From: Deltaproteobacteria bacterium
GTDB lineage: Bacteria; Desulfobacterota; Dissulfuribacteria; Dissulfuribacterales; QOAL01
Direction: 5' to 3'
DNA length: 64,000 bases
Assembly (NCBI GenBank): GCA_026995935.1
Contig: JALWNK010000023.1
Span: forward strand, 73,399-137,398
This document shows positions 45,548 to 53,703 of this stretch, one piece after another. Position 1 is the first letter of the stretch, and each line of letters begins with the position of its first letter. A model generated the notes under the pieces. That model saw nothing but the letters and a program-made list of their open reading frames with translations. It did no database searches and had not been told where the DNA came from. A program made the translations under genes and the position numbers.

Positions 45548-46753
45548 TCAAGTAAATATAGGTAGGGGTTCGAATTCTCCCTCTAAAACCTTCTGGCACT
45601 GACTTTGACTGCAGTTAAGGTAGCCCCTTAACACAGAGGAAAACATCTGCCTGAAATCCACTGTAAATTTGAGATTGCCGGAAGAGTCAAGGTCAGTCAG
45701 ACTTGGCTGCTCACCGTAAAGGCCTCCCTTTACTCCTCCACCAATTACAAAGTGAACAGATGCAGTGCCGTGATCCGTTCCCGAGCCATTGTCCTTTACC
45801 CTTCTTCCAAATTCAGATGTGGTCATTACTACAACACTTTCGGCTTCACCGCTTTTCCCCAAGTCATCGAAAAATGCACTGATTCCGTCCCCTACCTGCT
45901 GTAAAAGGCCAGGATGTACGGAAAGCTGATTCACATGGGTATCAAAGCCAGAAAGTGATACAACATAAATGCCTGTTCCAAGGCCTCCTTTTATGAGCCT
46001 TGCAACTGCTGGAAGGTCCTGGCCAAGGCTTCCGTCTGGATAATCTGCAGCATTTTCCCCCTTTTCCCAGGCATCCTGGATGGCGGCTGCACTTTCATCC
46101 GTTGCTCTTTCGATATCCTGAATAAAACGAAGCTCATCTCCCCCTGGAAAAACACCTGGTTCAAGCCTTGGCACATCAAGAAGGCCACTTTTTATCTCAA
46201 GGAAAACCCCTGGGTCTAAAAGGGCAATACCTGATTGATCCTCTCCCTTCATGATCAGGGAGGCGGAGTTTTTCATCTCTATACCCAAGGGATAAGCAGT
46301 TTGGGAAAACTCTTCCTCTTTGGTAAGTAAGTCCATGTATCTTCCTAGCCATCCCGTATATATGACTTCATCCGTGCTTGCCCCTTGCCAGATATCTGTT
46401 GAACGAAAATGTGAAAGGTCAGGCTCCGGATAACCAACACCAAGAACGATAGCGACCATGCCAGAGTCCCAAAGGCCCTTCAGGGCTTCAAGGCTTGGGT
46501 GGAGGCCAAATTTATCTGTAAGTGTGATAACGTGTTCTTTTGGTACTGATATATTTGGTCTTGCCTCGTAATAGCTTTTGTCAGCATAGGGTACAACCGT
46601 GTTTAGACCGTCGTTTCCTCCCTTAAGTTCAATAATCAATAGATTTTTTTTAGCACCTTCCGCATGTGTGCTTGACCTTGAAAAGCCTACGGGACAAAGG
46701 CAGTAGGCAGCAATGGTTCCGCCGCACAATTTAAGAAAGTTACGCCTTTTCAT
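45548..46753 (-). CDS. DUF1501 protein (Tat-exported, sulfatase/alkaline-phosphatase-like fold)
   Basis: Tat signal MKRRNFLKLCGG, then GGNDGLNTVVPY...RP, and a SHF motif (DLSHFRSTDIW). It is paired with a DUF1800 gene, as is usual. Confidence 0.72.
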   Translation of the reverse strand: MKRRNFLKLCGGTIAAYCLCPVGFSRSSTHAEGAKKNLLIIELKGGNDGLNTVVPYADKSYYEARPNISVPKEHVITLTDKFGLHPSLEALKGLWDSGMVAIVLGVGYPEPDLSHFRSTDIWQGASTDEVIYTGWLGRYMDLLTKEEEFSQTAYPLGIEMKNSASLIMKGEDQSGIALLDPGVFLEIKSGLLDVPRLEPGVFPGGDELRFIQDIERATDESAAAIQDAWEKGENAADYPDGSLGQDLPAVARLIKGGLGTGIYVVSLSGFDTHVNQLSVHPGLLQQVGDGISAFFDDLGKSGEAESVVVMTTSEFGRRVKDNGSGTDHGTASVHFVIGGGVKGGLYGEQPSLTDLDSSGNLKFTVDFRQMFSSVLRGYLNCSQSQCQKVLEGEFEPLPIFT

Positions 46754-46764
46754 TTTTTTCTCCT

Positions 46765-48156
46765 TTAGGAAAGTTGATACTCATCCATCTGTACAAGAAC
46801 CGCTACAAGGGCCTTTACTTGAGAAAGGACTTCTGGAGTCAAAGGGCTTGAGAGGGGAAGATTTCCATCAATTCCGGCAAAGTCCATGATGGCACCTGCC
46901 TGTTCATGGCTTACGCGCATAGGAAGGAGATCCTCAATCATAAGCAGGCAAAGCCCTTCAAGGTCTTTAGCCCTTTGTCCGTAATACTCTGCAAGTGAAG
47001 TGGTGTTTGATCCTGTTAACCCTGTTTGTTCAAGAAATCTTGATGCTAAGGCCTTCCTGTAAACAAGTGTTGATGAGCTTATCCATGCCTCATGCTCCTC
47101 CCAGCCTGCAACATTTGGTGGTTCAAAGGGGGGCTGACCTGTTAGGAAAAGGGCCTTTTTCATTACCCTTTCTCGCAGCATACCAGAGCCCATCTGCCTT
47201 ATCATGCCTATAAGGAGCTGAATAGGGCTTTTTATGTCAGCACCCACAAATATTTCATCCATGAAGTGACCGCTCTTTAAAAGGGTTTTCAGAACAGGCT
47301 CGAGATTGTAATCGTTTTCAATAAGAAGAGCTGCCAGCTCGTCTACTATCTCCTGGTCCTCCTTGAAATAGACGAAGTGGCGGTACAATTTTCCAGCAAG
47401 AAACCTTGCTGTCTCAGACCGTTGAAAGATTATGTCAACTATGTCATCTCCATTGAACCTGCCTGTCTTGCCATAAAAGGTCTTTGTTCCCCAGTCAAAA
47501 AGCCTGGGATTGAAATAAGAGGTTCCCTGGTCCTTGTGTATCTTCCAACCAGTAAAGGCCCTTGCAGCCTCCACCACATCAAGCTGGGTGTAGTTGCCCC
47601 TGCCAATGGTAAAAAGCTCCTGGAGCTCCCTGGCATAGTTTTCGTTAATGGACTTCCTTGTATTCTTTGTCCCGTCAAGGTAAACGAGCATTGCAGGCTC
47701 CTTGCCCACGGCCTTTGTAAGTTGCCTTATGTCTCCCACAGCATATTTCCTGAAGAGATTGTTGATGCTGAACATCCATCGTGGGTCCTTGACCTTGCTC
47801 ATCTGGACAACAAAATGGTTGGACCAGAAGTAGACCATCTTTTCCCTTATGGACTTGTCCTTTAGGGCAATATCAAGGGTAAACCCAAGGAGTTCGTTCC
47901 TTCGCTGTCTTTCTATTTCCTTGTTTTCTGGAGCGCCTGGAGGCTCGCTTACCCAGGAAAAGGGTTCAGGAAGGGGATCAAAGGCGAAAAGAGACTCTAC
48001 GGCCTCGTAAGGGGTAAGGGTGAGAATCTCATCGATTTCTTCAGGAGCAGGGTCCCCGATCCTTGTTCTTCTTAAAAGATGTGCAGCCCTTTTTCTGTCC
48101 CACGGGAGGTAATTGGTTGGAACGTATGGAGAAAGGTCCCTGAATTTTGATTTCAT
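46765..48156 (-). CDS. DUF1800 protein
   Basis: Contains the family motif AAHLLRRTRIG. I prefer the start at MKSKFRDL (48156). The ORF-track extension to 48282 overlaps the small lipoprotein ORF. Confidence 0.68.
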   Translation of the reverse strand: MKSKFRDLSPYVPTNYLPWDRKRAAHLLRRTRIGDPAPEEIDEILTLTPYEAVESLFAFDPLPEPFSWVSEPPGAPENKEIERQRRNELLGFTLDIALKDKSIREKMVYFWSNHFVVQMSKVKDPRWMFSINNLFRKYAVGDIRQLTKAVGKEPAMLVYLDGTKNTRKSINENYARELQELFTIGRGNYTQLDVVEAARAFTGWKIHKDQGTSYFNPRLFDWGTKTFYGKTGRFNGDDIVDIIFQRSETARFLAGKLYRHFVYFKEDQEIVDELAALLIENDYNLEPVLKTLLKSGHFMDEIFVGADIKSPIQLLIGMIRQMGSGMLRERVMKKALFLTGQPPFEPPNVAGWEEHEAWISSSTLVYRKALASRFLEQTGLTGSNTTSLAEYYGQRAKDLEGLCLLMIEDLLPMRVSHEQAGAIMDFAGIDGNLPLSSPLTPEVLSQVKALVAVLVQMDEYQLS

Positions 48157-48335
48157 GGCACAATCCTCCAGTGGCCAGGTATCCATCTTCCAGAAATGGC
48201 ATAATGGCCTGGGACCCACACACGCTGGCAGTGGTAACAAAGCCTTGGGTGAGCAGGCCTTGTCACAACCTTGGTGGTGCAAGAAGAAAGAAAGAGTACA
48301 GAAAGAATGAAAAGCAAGGAAAGAAATGTCCTCAT
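48153..48335 (-). CDS. Small lipoprotein with two WxPGHW/Y repeats
   Basis: 60 aa with a signal peptide and the lipobox LSSC. The repeats are RVWVPGHY and RWIPGHWR. GGAGGG lies 5 nt upstream. The stop overlaps the DUF1800 ATG (ATGA at 48153..48156). Confidence 0.5.
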   Translation of the reverse strand: MRTFLSLLFILSVLFLSSCTTKVVTRPAHPRLCYHCQRVWVPGHYAISGRWIPGHWRIVP

Positions 48336-48398
48336 GGTCCCTCCTGTCTGTTTTTTCAGGTCTTTTGTTCTGCTTATCTTTCAGACGAGGCAGGGACC
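48336..48398 (-). promoter_or_regulatory. Leader hairpin that pairs with the Shine-Dalgarno sequence of the small lipoprotein gene
   Basis: On the minus-strand RNA, GGUCCCUGCCUCGUCUG (48382..48398) can pair with CAGACAGGAGGGACC (48336..48350). That gives about 15 bp with two 1-nt bulges and a 31-nt loop. The 3' arm contains the SD. Confidence 0.35.
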
Positions 48399-48538
48399 AA
48401 AAGGTTTAAAGGACGTATGAATTTTTTTTGGAACTGCTCCAATGTCAGCTTGCTGATAAGGACGCCATTAGCAAAACCCTAAAAAGACTCATGAGGTTTT
48501 CTAGGTTGTTATGGATGCCAATGGCGCCTTTCAGGTAG

Positions 48539-50920
48539 CTAATCTATTTCTAAGAATCTCAGTCTCAAGGAATTAGTAACCACGGATACGGAACTTAGAC
48601 TCATTGCAGCGGCTGCAATCACCGGGCTAAGGAGAATTCCGGAAAAGGGATAAAGGACCCCGGCTGCAACAGGTACACCCACTGAATTGTAGACAAAGGC
48701 AAAAAAGAGGTTCTGCTTTATGTTCCTCATGGTGGCCTTGCTTAGTTTTATGGCCCTGACTATTCCCATGAGGTCCCCCTTTACCAGAGTGACACCTGCA
48801 CTTTCCATGGCCACATCAGTGCCGGTTCCCATGGCGATTCCCACGTGTGCCTGTGCAAGGGCGGGGGCGTCATTTATTCCGTCTCCTGCCATGGCAACTA
48901 TGCTGCCCTTTTCCTGAAACTCCTTGACATACCTTGCCTTGTCTTCAGGAAGCACCTCTGCAATCACCTTGTCTATATTAAGCCTGCCAGCTACATGGAG
49001 CGCTGTCTTTTCGCTGTCTCCCGTAAGCATTACTATTTTGAGGCCCTGCCTGTGAAGCTCCTCAATGGCCCTAGGTGTTGTCTCCTTAATGGGGTCGGAG
49101 ACACAAATAAGTGCCTCAAGCCTTCCATTAACTGCCAGGTACATAACGGTAGCACCCTGCTCCTGAAGCCCTTCTGCCATTGAAGCAGCATCCTTTAAGG
49201 ATATGCCAATGGACTCTATCAAGGCCCTGTTCCCTAGGGCGACCTCCATGCCATCAATTTGGGCCGTAACACCCTTACCTGTGTGTGATTTGAAGTCTTC
49301 TGCCTGAGTAAGGGGTATCCCCAACTCACGGCTCTTTTCTATGATGGCCGCGCCAAGGGGATGCTCGCTTCCCTTTTCCAGACTTGCCGCCAGGAAAATT
49401 GCGGTTTTGTCGTTTATACCCCCTAGGGTCACGACCTCGGTCACCTTTGGTTTACCTTCAGTAAGGGTCCCTGTCTTGTCAACCACCAAGGTGTCCACTT
49501 CCCGGAGCCTTTCAATGGCCTCTGCATTCTTGAAAAGTACGCCCATATTTGCTCCCCTGCCGGTAGCCACCATGATGGACATGGGAGTTGCAAGCCCCAG
49601 TGCGCAGGGGCAGGCTATTATAAGGACAGATACCGCTGCAACTACGGCATGCGCAAGGCGCGGTTCAGGCCCAACGGTAAGCCACACCACAAATGAGATC
49701 ATAGAGACAAGTACAACCGCCGGAACGAAGTATCCAGCCACCTTGTCCGCAAGGTTCTGAATAGGCGCCCGACTCCGTTGGGCTTCAGCCACCATGTTGA
49801 CGATCTGAGCAAGCAGGGTCTCGTTTCCAACCCTAAGTGCCTTCATGACAATGGTGCCGGTGGTGTTTAGGGTTGCACCAACTACCTTGTCTCCCTCCCT
49901 TTTGACCACTGGCAGCGGCTCTCCGGTTATCATGGATTCATCAACGCTTGTTGTCCCCTTTACAACTACTCCGTCAACTGGGATTTTTTCTCCAGGACGC
50001 ACCCTGAGAAGGTCTCCCTTCCTGACCTTTTCAAGTGGGATGTCCTTTTCTGATTCATCTTCTAAGACCTTGCGGGCGGTCTTTGGGGCAAGGCCCAAAA
50101 GGGCTTTGATGGCAGCTCCTGTTTGGCTCCTTGCCTTTAGCTCCAGGACCTGGCCAAGTAATATAAGTACGACTATTACTGCCGCCGCCTCGAAGTATAC
50201 ACCTACTGTGCCCTCGCTTGTCTTTACGGAGGCAGGGAAAATCTGAGGAAAAAAGGCGGCTACAAGGCTGTAGAGGTAGGAAACACCCACGCCCATACCA
50301 ATCAAAGTGAACATGTTGAGGTTTCTGGTAACTAATGAGTCCCATGCCCTTTTGAAAAAGGGCCAGCCGGCCCAAAGGACTACCGGGGTGGCCAGAAGCG
50401 CCTCAATAAAGTTGTATGTGCGCTCTGAGGCAAACCGTTCCAGAAAGCCCGGCGGGAAGAACATGTAACGCATGGCAATCACCACCAATGGTACGGTGAA
50501 TATAGCGCCAAGAATGAATCTTTTTTTCATGTCGTTATATTCTGTCAAGTCTTCTTCGTGGGCGGGTTCAAGGGGCTCAAGGGCCATGCCGCATATGGGG
50601 CATGAGCCTGGACCCTCCTTTCTTATTTCAGGATGCATTGGGCAGGTGTAGATTGCCTGCGTGTTGGACCGGGCATGGGTAGCCGTGCTGGTTTCATGAC
50701 CATCATCTTTAGACGTGTATCTTTCAGGTTCCTTTTTGAACTTCTCAAGGCAGGAGACACTGCAGAAATGAAACGTCTTTCCCTGGTGGTTGTATTTCAA
50801 AAAAACATCTTCCTCTGCTGTGCTCATTCCACAGACAGGATCCCTGTATGGACCATTCGGAGATGATAAACCTTCACAGTGTTGACAATGGTGATGGTTA
50901 TGACTTTTCATTTTTTCCAT
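48539..50920 (-). CDS. copA: Copper-translocating P1B-type ATPase
   Basis: 793 aa with the motifs CPC ([13 protein letters not shown]), DKTGTLT, TGES-type [12 protein letters not shown] and MLTGD. The N-terminus has a His run, a YHS/TRASH-like segment and a [14 protein letters not shown] metal-binding module. Confidence 0.9.
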   Translation of the reverse strand: MEKMKSHNHHHCQHCEGLSSPNGPYRDPVCGMSTAEEDVFLKYNHQGKTFHFCSVSCLEKFKKEPERYTSKDDGHETSTATHARSNTQAIYTCPMHPEIRKEGPGSCPICGMALEPLEPAHEEDLTEYNDMKKRFILGAIFTVPLVVIAMRYMFFPPGFLERFASERTYNFIEALLATPVVLWAGWPFFKRAWDSLVTRNLNMFTLIGMGVGVSYLYSLVAAFFPQIFPASVKTSEGTVGVYFEAAAVIVVLILLGQVLELKARSQTGAAIKALLGLAPKTARKVLEDESEKDIPLEKVRKGDLLRVRPGEKIPVDGVVVKGTTSVDESMITGEPLPVVKREGDKVVGATLNTTGTIVMKALRVGNETLLAQIVNMVAEAQRSRAPIQNLADKVAGYFVPAVVLVSMISFVVWLTVGPEPRLAHAVVAAVSVLIIACPCALGLATPMSIMVATGRGANMGVLFKNAEAIERLREVDTLVVDKTGTLTEGKPKVTEVVTLGGINDKTAIFLAASLEKGSEHPLGAAIIEKSRELGIPLTQAEDFKSHTGKGVTAQIDGMEVALGNRALIESIGISLKDAASMAEGLQEQGATVMYLAVNGRLEALICVSDPIKETTPRAIEELHRQGLKIVMLTGDSEKTALHVAGRLNIDKVIAEVLPEDKARYVKEFQEKGSIVAMAGDGINDAPALAQAHVGIAMGTGTDVAMESAGVTLVKGDLMGIVRAIKLSKATMRNIKQNLFFAFVYNSVGVPVAAGVLYPFSGILLSPVIAAAAMSLSSVSVVTNSLRLRFLEID

Positions 50921-51037
50921 TTTTTTACCCCCTTTAGAATAGGGAAAGCAGGTTAGGCGCAGGCGGAAGGCCCTTTAACTCTTTTAAAGGGCCCTCCGGT
51001 AGAGGTTAAACGAGTATGGTATCAGGTGTGTCTGTAT

Positions 51038-51655
51038 TTAGTGGGCCCACTCATGACCAGGGCCATATTGCCAGCCCATGAATCCTCCAAGGACGGTAGG
51101 CCCGTGCCCCATAAGACCAGGGCCAAAGTGTGGGGCCTGACTATTTATCTGCCCAGGGCCTGTGGCAGTATGGTTTCCGTTTCCATTGTGCATCTGCTGA
51201 AAGTATTCCCAGGAGGACCTTCTCCAAACGGGAATGCCAGTATCTTGTTCGCGGAGTTGGATGGTCTGGCCATACATGGTTGCCCTTGTAGCAACGATTC
51301 TTTTGGTGCCGTCAGACATGGTAAGAGCGTTGGCTTCAATTGTTATTGGCTCTCCAACAGATGGAAAGGCACTCCCATTGTTTTCCCAGTGCCAGGCTGG
51401 ACCCATACCAAATATCGTGATCATTTCCGTGCCTGTATCAACCTCTACGGCACCTCCAAGAAGACCCACGTTGGAAACCATACCTTTTACAGTAACCGGA
51501 TCTGCCTGAAAGACAGTTTCAGCTCCTGTGCCAGGGCCAAAGAAAGGCATTGATACAGGCGGGCCAAAACCAATGGCTGGACCCACTGACATAACAAGAC
51601 TACTAATTATTATGGATGCTGCTGCAAAAATGGCGCAGACAATGCTTGACCTCAT
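51038..51655 (-). CDS. Secreted Gly/Met/His/Trp-rich protein of unknown function
   Basis: 205 aa with a signal peptide and a GGAGG SD 7 nt upstream. The GPG-rich ends carry M/H/W residues (FGPGLMGHGP..GFMGWQYGPGHEWAH) around a beta-rich core. It lies inside the copper island. Confidence 0.5.
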   Translation of the reverse strand: MRSSIVCAIFAAASIIISSLVMSVGPAIGFGPPVSMPFFGPGTGAETVFQADPVTVKGMVSNVGLLGGAVEVDTGTEMITIFGMGPAWHWENNGSAFPSVGEPITIEANALTMSDGTKRIVATRATMYGQTIQLREQDTGIPVWRRSSWEYFQQMHNGNGNHTATGPGQINSQAPHFGPGLMGHGPTVLGGFMGWQYGPGHEWAH

Positions 51656-51661
51656 GCTTAT

Positions 51662-51735
51662 ACCTCCTTAGGTATCTTTGTTTAGATAAACAGGGAAAAA
51701 GAATGTTCTTAGGCGTGAGATAAACCTAAGGAGGG
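51662..51735 (-). promoter_or_regulatory. Anti-SD/SD hairpin between the Cys-rich ORF and the Gly/Met/His-rich ORF
   Basis: 51724..51735 (acctaaggaggg) and 51662..51673 (acctccttaggt) are inverted repeats with 11 perfect bp and a 50-nt loop. The 3' arm on the mRNA contains the GGAGG SD. The 5' arm starts at the nucleotide after the upstream stop codon. Confidence 0.45.
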
Positions 51736-52143
51736 TTAATTCAGAAGTATTGTTGTCTTAATGCACTTAAGCCTGAAATCTGGCCCAGAGGCTTGCATCA
51801 CAGGCTTAATGGAACTGGCTGGAAGTTTAGGCCAGATATCAAGGAACTTATTTAAGGAGACAGTGGCACAAGAAGTGCCTTGTCTGGGATTATCGAAGGA
51901 ATCTCCAGGAAGCGCCATCAGGGTTCCCGGGGCCACGTTACAAAAACACGTGTCTTTTCCCTGATTCCTGTCTGTTGTGTTCTTGCAATTACAACTGCAC
52001 TTACCAGGCTCACAGCATGAACAACAGCTTTGATGCCCTGGTTTTTTAAGGTTGACCTGACATGGCGCCGGAACGGACAGAAGGAGGCTGCCACTTAGAA
52101 AGAGGGCTGATAAAATTACGGCAACTACGGCTTTTGCTCTCAT
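51736..52143 (-). CDS. Secreted cysteine-rich protein (candidate periplasmic metal-thiolate binder)
   Basis: 135 aa with a signal peptide and 12 Cys residues. Ten of them fall within residues 28-68 (CQVNLKKPGHQSCCSCCEPGKCSCNCKN...DTCFC). An AAAGGAGGAAG SD is present. Confidence 0.5.
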   Translation of the reverse strand: MRAKAVVAVILSALFLSGSLLLSVPAPCQVNLKKPGHQSCCSCCEPGKCSCNCKNTTDRNQGKDTCFCNVAPGTLMALPGDSFDNPRQGTSCATVSLNKFLDIWPKLPASSIKPVMQASGPDFRLKCIKTTILLN

Positions 52144-52226
52144 GGCTTCCTCCTTTCTTGATTTATAAGATAAGAATAGTAACCATTATGTCAATAAATT
52201 TTTTATTTCTAAAAAAGAAGGGCATC

Positions 52227-52853
52227 TTACCGGTGAATTTCATCGTTCCTCATTGTGCGCCCTTGGCCAAGATCAAAAATTTCGTCCTTACCCGCATATT
52301 TTTTGAAAACGAACCTGTCAAGGAGAGAAATTTTTCTGATCACCTTTACTATGGCCTGTGTGTTTTCGATAATTATCTCAAGTTCCTTATATTGTTCTGA
52401 ATCTTCCTGGAAATCTTCTTGAAGCAGCTGCGCACTCCCTAAAATTACCTGAACGGGCGTATTGAGCTCATGGGCAATGGTGCCTGCCATTGCGCTTATG
52501 GCCTCCTCTTTTTCCCTTTGACGTTTCCTTTCCATGTCTTTCATGGCTCCAAGAACCACGGCAACCACGTTGAAAAAGAGGAGTTCCAGGACCTTGTCCA
52601 GGTCATCTGGGGAAAAATTCTGCCAATTCATGACAATGTGAGGGATGTAGAGACAGCTCACAGAAAGGGATGCAGCAAGGCCGCCTTTTACCCCGAACCA
52701 AAAGGCTGAAAGTATGATGGGAAGAAAGTAAAATTCCCTGAAAAGGAGATGGTGGTAGCTTTGCATCCTTCCAGTACTGTAGTGAAGAAGTGTCACCGCA
52801 AGGATGAGGAAGACGATGAGTGCTATCCTTGGCTTTTTAACTGTCTGTTCCAT
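52227..52853 (-). CDS. Membrane protein with a HisKA (DHp) domain but no ATPase domain
   Basis: 208 aa with about 4 N-terminal TM helices, then the H-box AMAGTIAHELNTPVQVILGSAQLL. Only about 80 residues follow the His. No N/G1/G2 boxes are present, and no ATPase-encoding sequence follows in any frame before the next gene. Confidence 0.55.
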   Translation of the reverse strand: MEQTVKKPRIALIVFLILAVTLLHYSTGRMQSYHHLLFREFYFLPIILSAFWFGVKGGLAASLSVSCLYIPHIVMNWQNFSPDDLDKVLELLFFNVVAVVLGAMKDMERKRQREKEEAISAMAGTIAHELNTPVQVILGSAQLLQEDFQEDSEQYKELEIIIENTQAIVKVIRKISLLDRFVFKKYAGKDEIFDLGQGRTMRNDEIHR

Positions 52854-52877
52854 CTTTTACTTTGCCGGTATAAGAGG

Positions 52878-53690
52878 TTAGAACCACAGTCTAATTCCTG
52901 CAAAGAACCTAGTGACATCCCTGGGCTCTCCATTCTTCCTTGCCAGGTCCCTCGATCCTCCAGTTAGGGTCTGCCAGGAAATCCCTAGGTAAGGTGCAAA
53001 TTTCCTGTTTATTTCATACCTAAGCCTTGCACTCAGGCCCAGATTATCAAAACCTGGTCCAATTGCCATGGATTGAATACGGTTAAAGGAAATGGAGGCG
53101 TCCAGACGGGGCTGTAGGGCTATTTTCTGTGTAATCCAAATGTCGTATTCGGCCTCAAGGTCAATAAGTACCTCGCCCCTATTTGAGACCCTAAGGTTTG
53201 TATCCACCTCAAAGACAAAAGGTGCCAGACCCTTAATTCCGATTACACCAAAAAATCTTTCGTCACTGTCAGGGCCGTAGGTGCCCTTGTAGCCTGCACC
53301 TGCCCTAAGGTTCCAAAACGGGGAAATAAGCCTTCCGTACATGACATCAAGCCTTTCTGTCTCCCCACCTTTTGAACTTCCTGAGTCATGTTCTCCTTCT
53401 GCCTCAAGCCAAACCCTTTGATAATCACCTCCGTACCATCCGGTGGCCTCGTAGGAAAAGACCTTCTTTTCCTCTCCTGTAAAAACGTACTCCATCCGGT
53501 CAATAAGAAAACGCCCATAGTGCATGGGTGGCATCGGCCCTACAGGGTAGGTTTGACAATTTCTTGTATTTTTTCTTGTATTTTGTGCTTTAAACCCCTG
53601 TTCCCATGTTTCTGTTTGGGCATAGGAATATGTTGTTAAAACCAATGTAAGGATCAAGGAGAAGAGAAGGATAGGAAACGTATTTTTCAT
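52878..53690 (-). CDS. pcoB: Copper resistance protein B (PcoB/CopB) outer-membrane protein
   Basis: 270 aa with a signal peptide, a beta-rich body and a C-terminal ...GIRLWF. It lies immediately downstream of the multicopper oxidase, which is the canonical pcoAB order. Confidence 0.75.
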   Translation of the reverse strand: MKNTFPILLFSLILTLVLTTYSYAQTETWEQGFKAQNTRKNTRNCQTYPVGPMPPMHYGRFLIDRMEYVFTGEEKKVFSYEATGWYGGDYQRVWLEAEGEHDSGSSKGGETERLDVMYGRLISPFWNLRAGAGYKGTYGPDSDERFFGVIGIKGLAPFVFEVDTNLRVSNRGEVLIDLEAEYDIWITQKIALQPRLDASISFNRIQSMAIGPGFDNLGLSARLRYEINRKFAPYLGISWQTLTGGSRDLARKNGEPRDVTRFFAGIRLWF

Positions 53691-53703
53691 GTCTTTTCTT
53701 TTT

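Noticed and set aside
50969-50993. The perfect 10-bp hairpin GGCCCTTTAA-CTCTT-TTAAAGGGCC between the Gly/Met/His-rich gene and the ATPase gene, considered as an intrinsic terminator.
   Set aside because: Neither strand has a U-rich tract after the stem, so it is not a canonical terminator. I kept it only as a possible alternative-pairing element (see the anti-SD finding).
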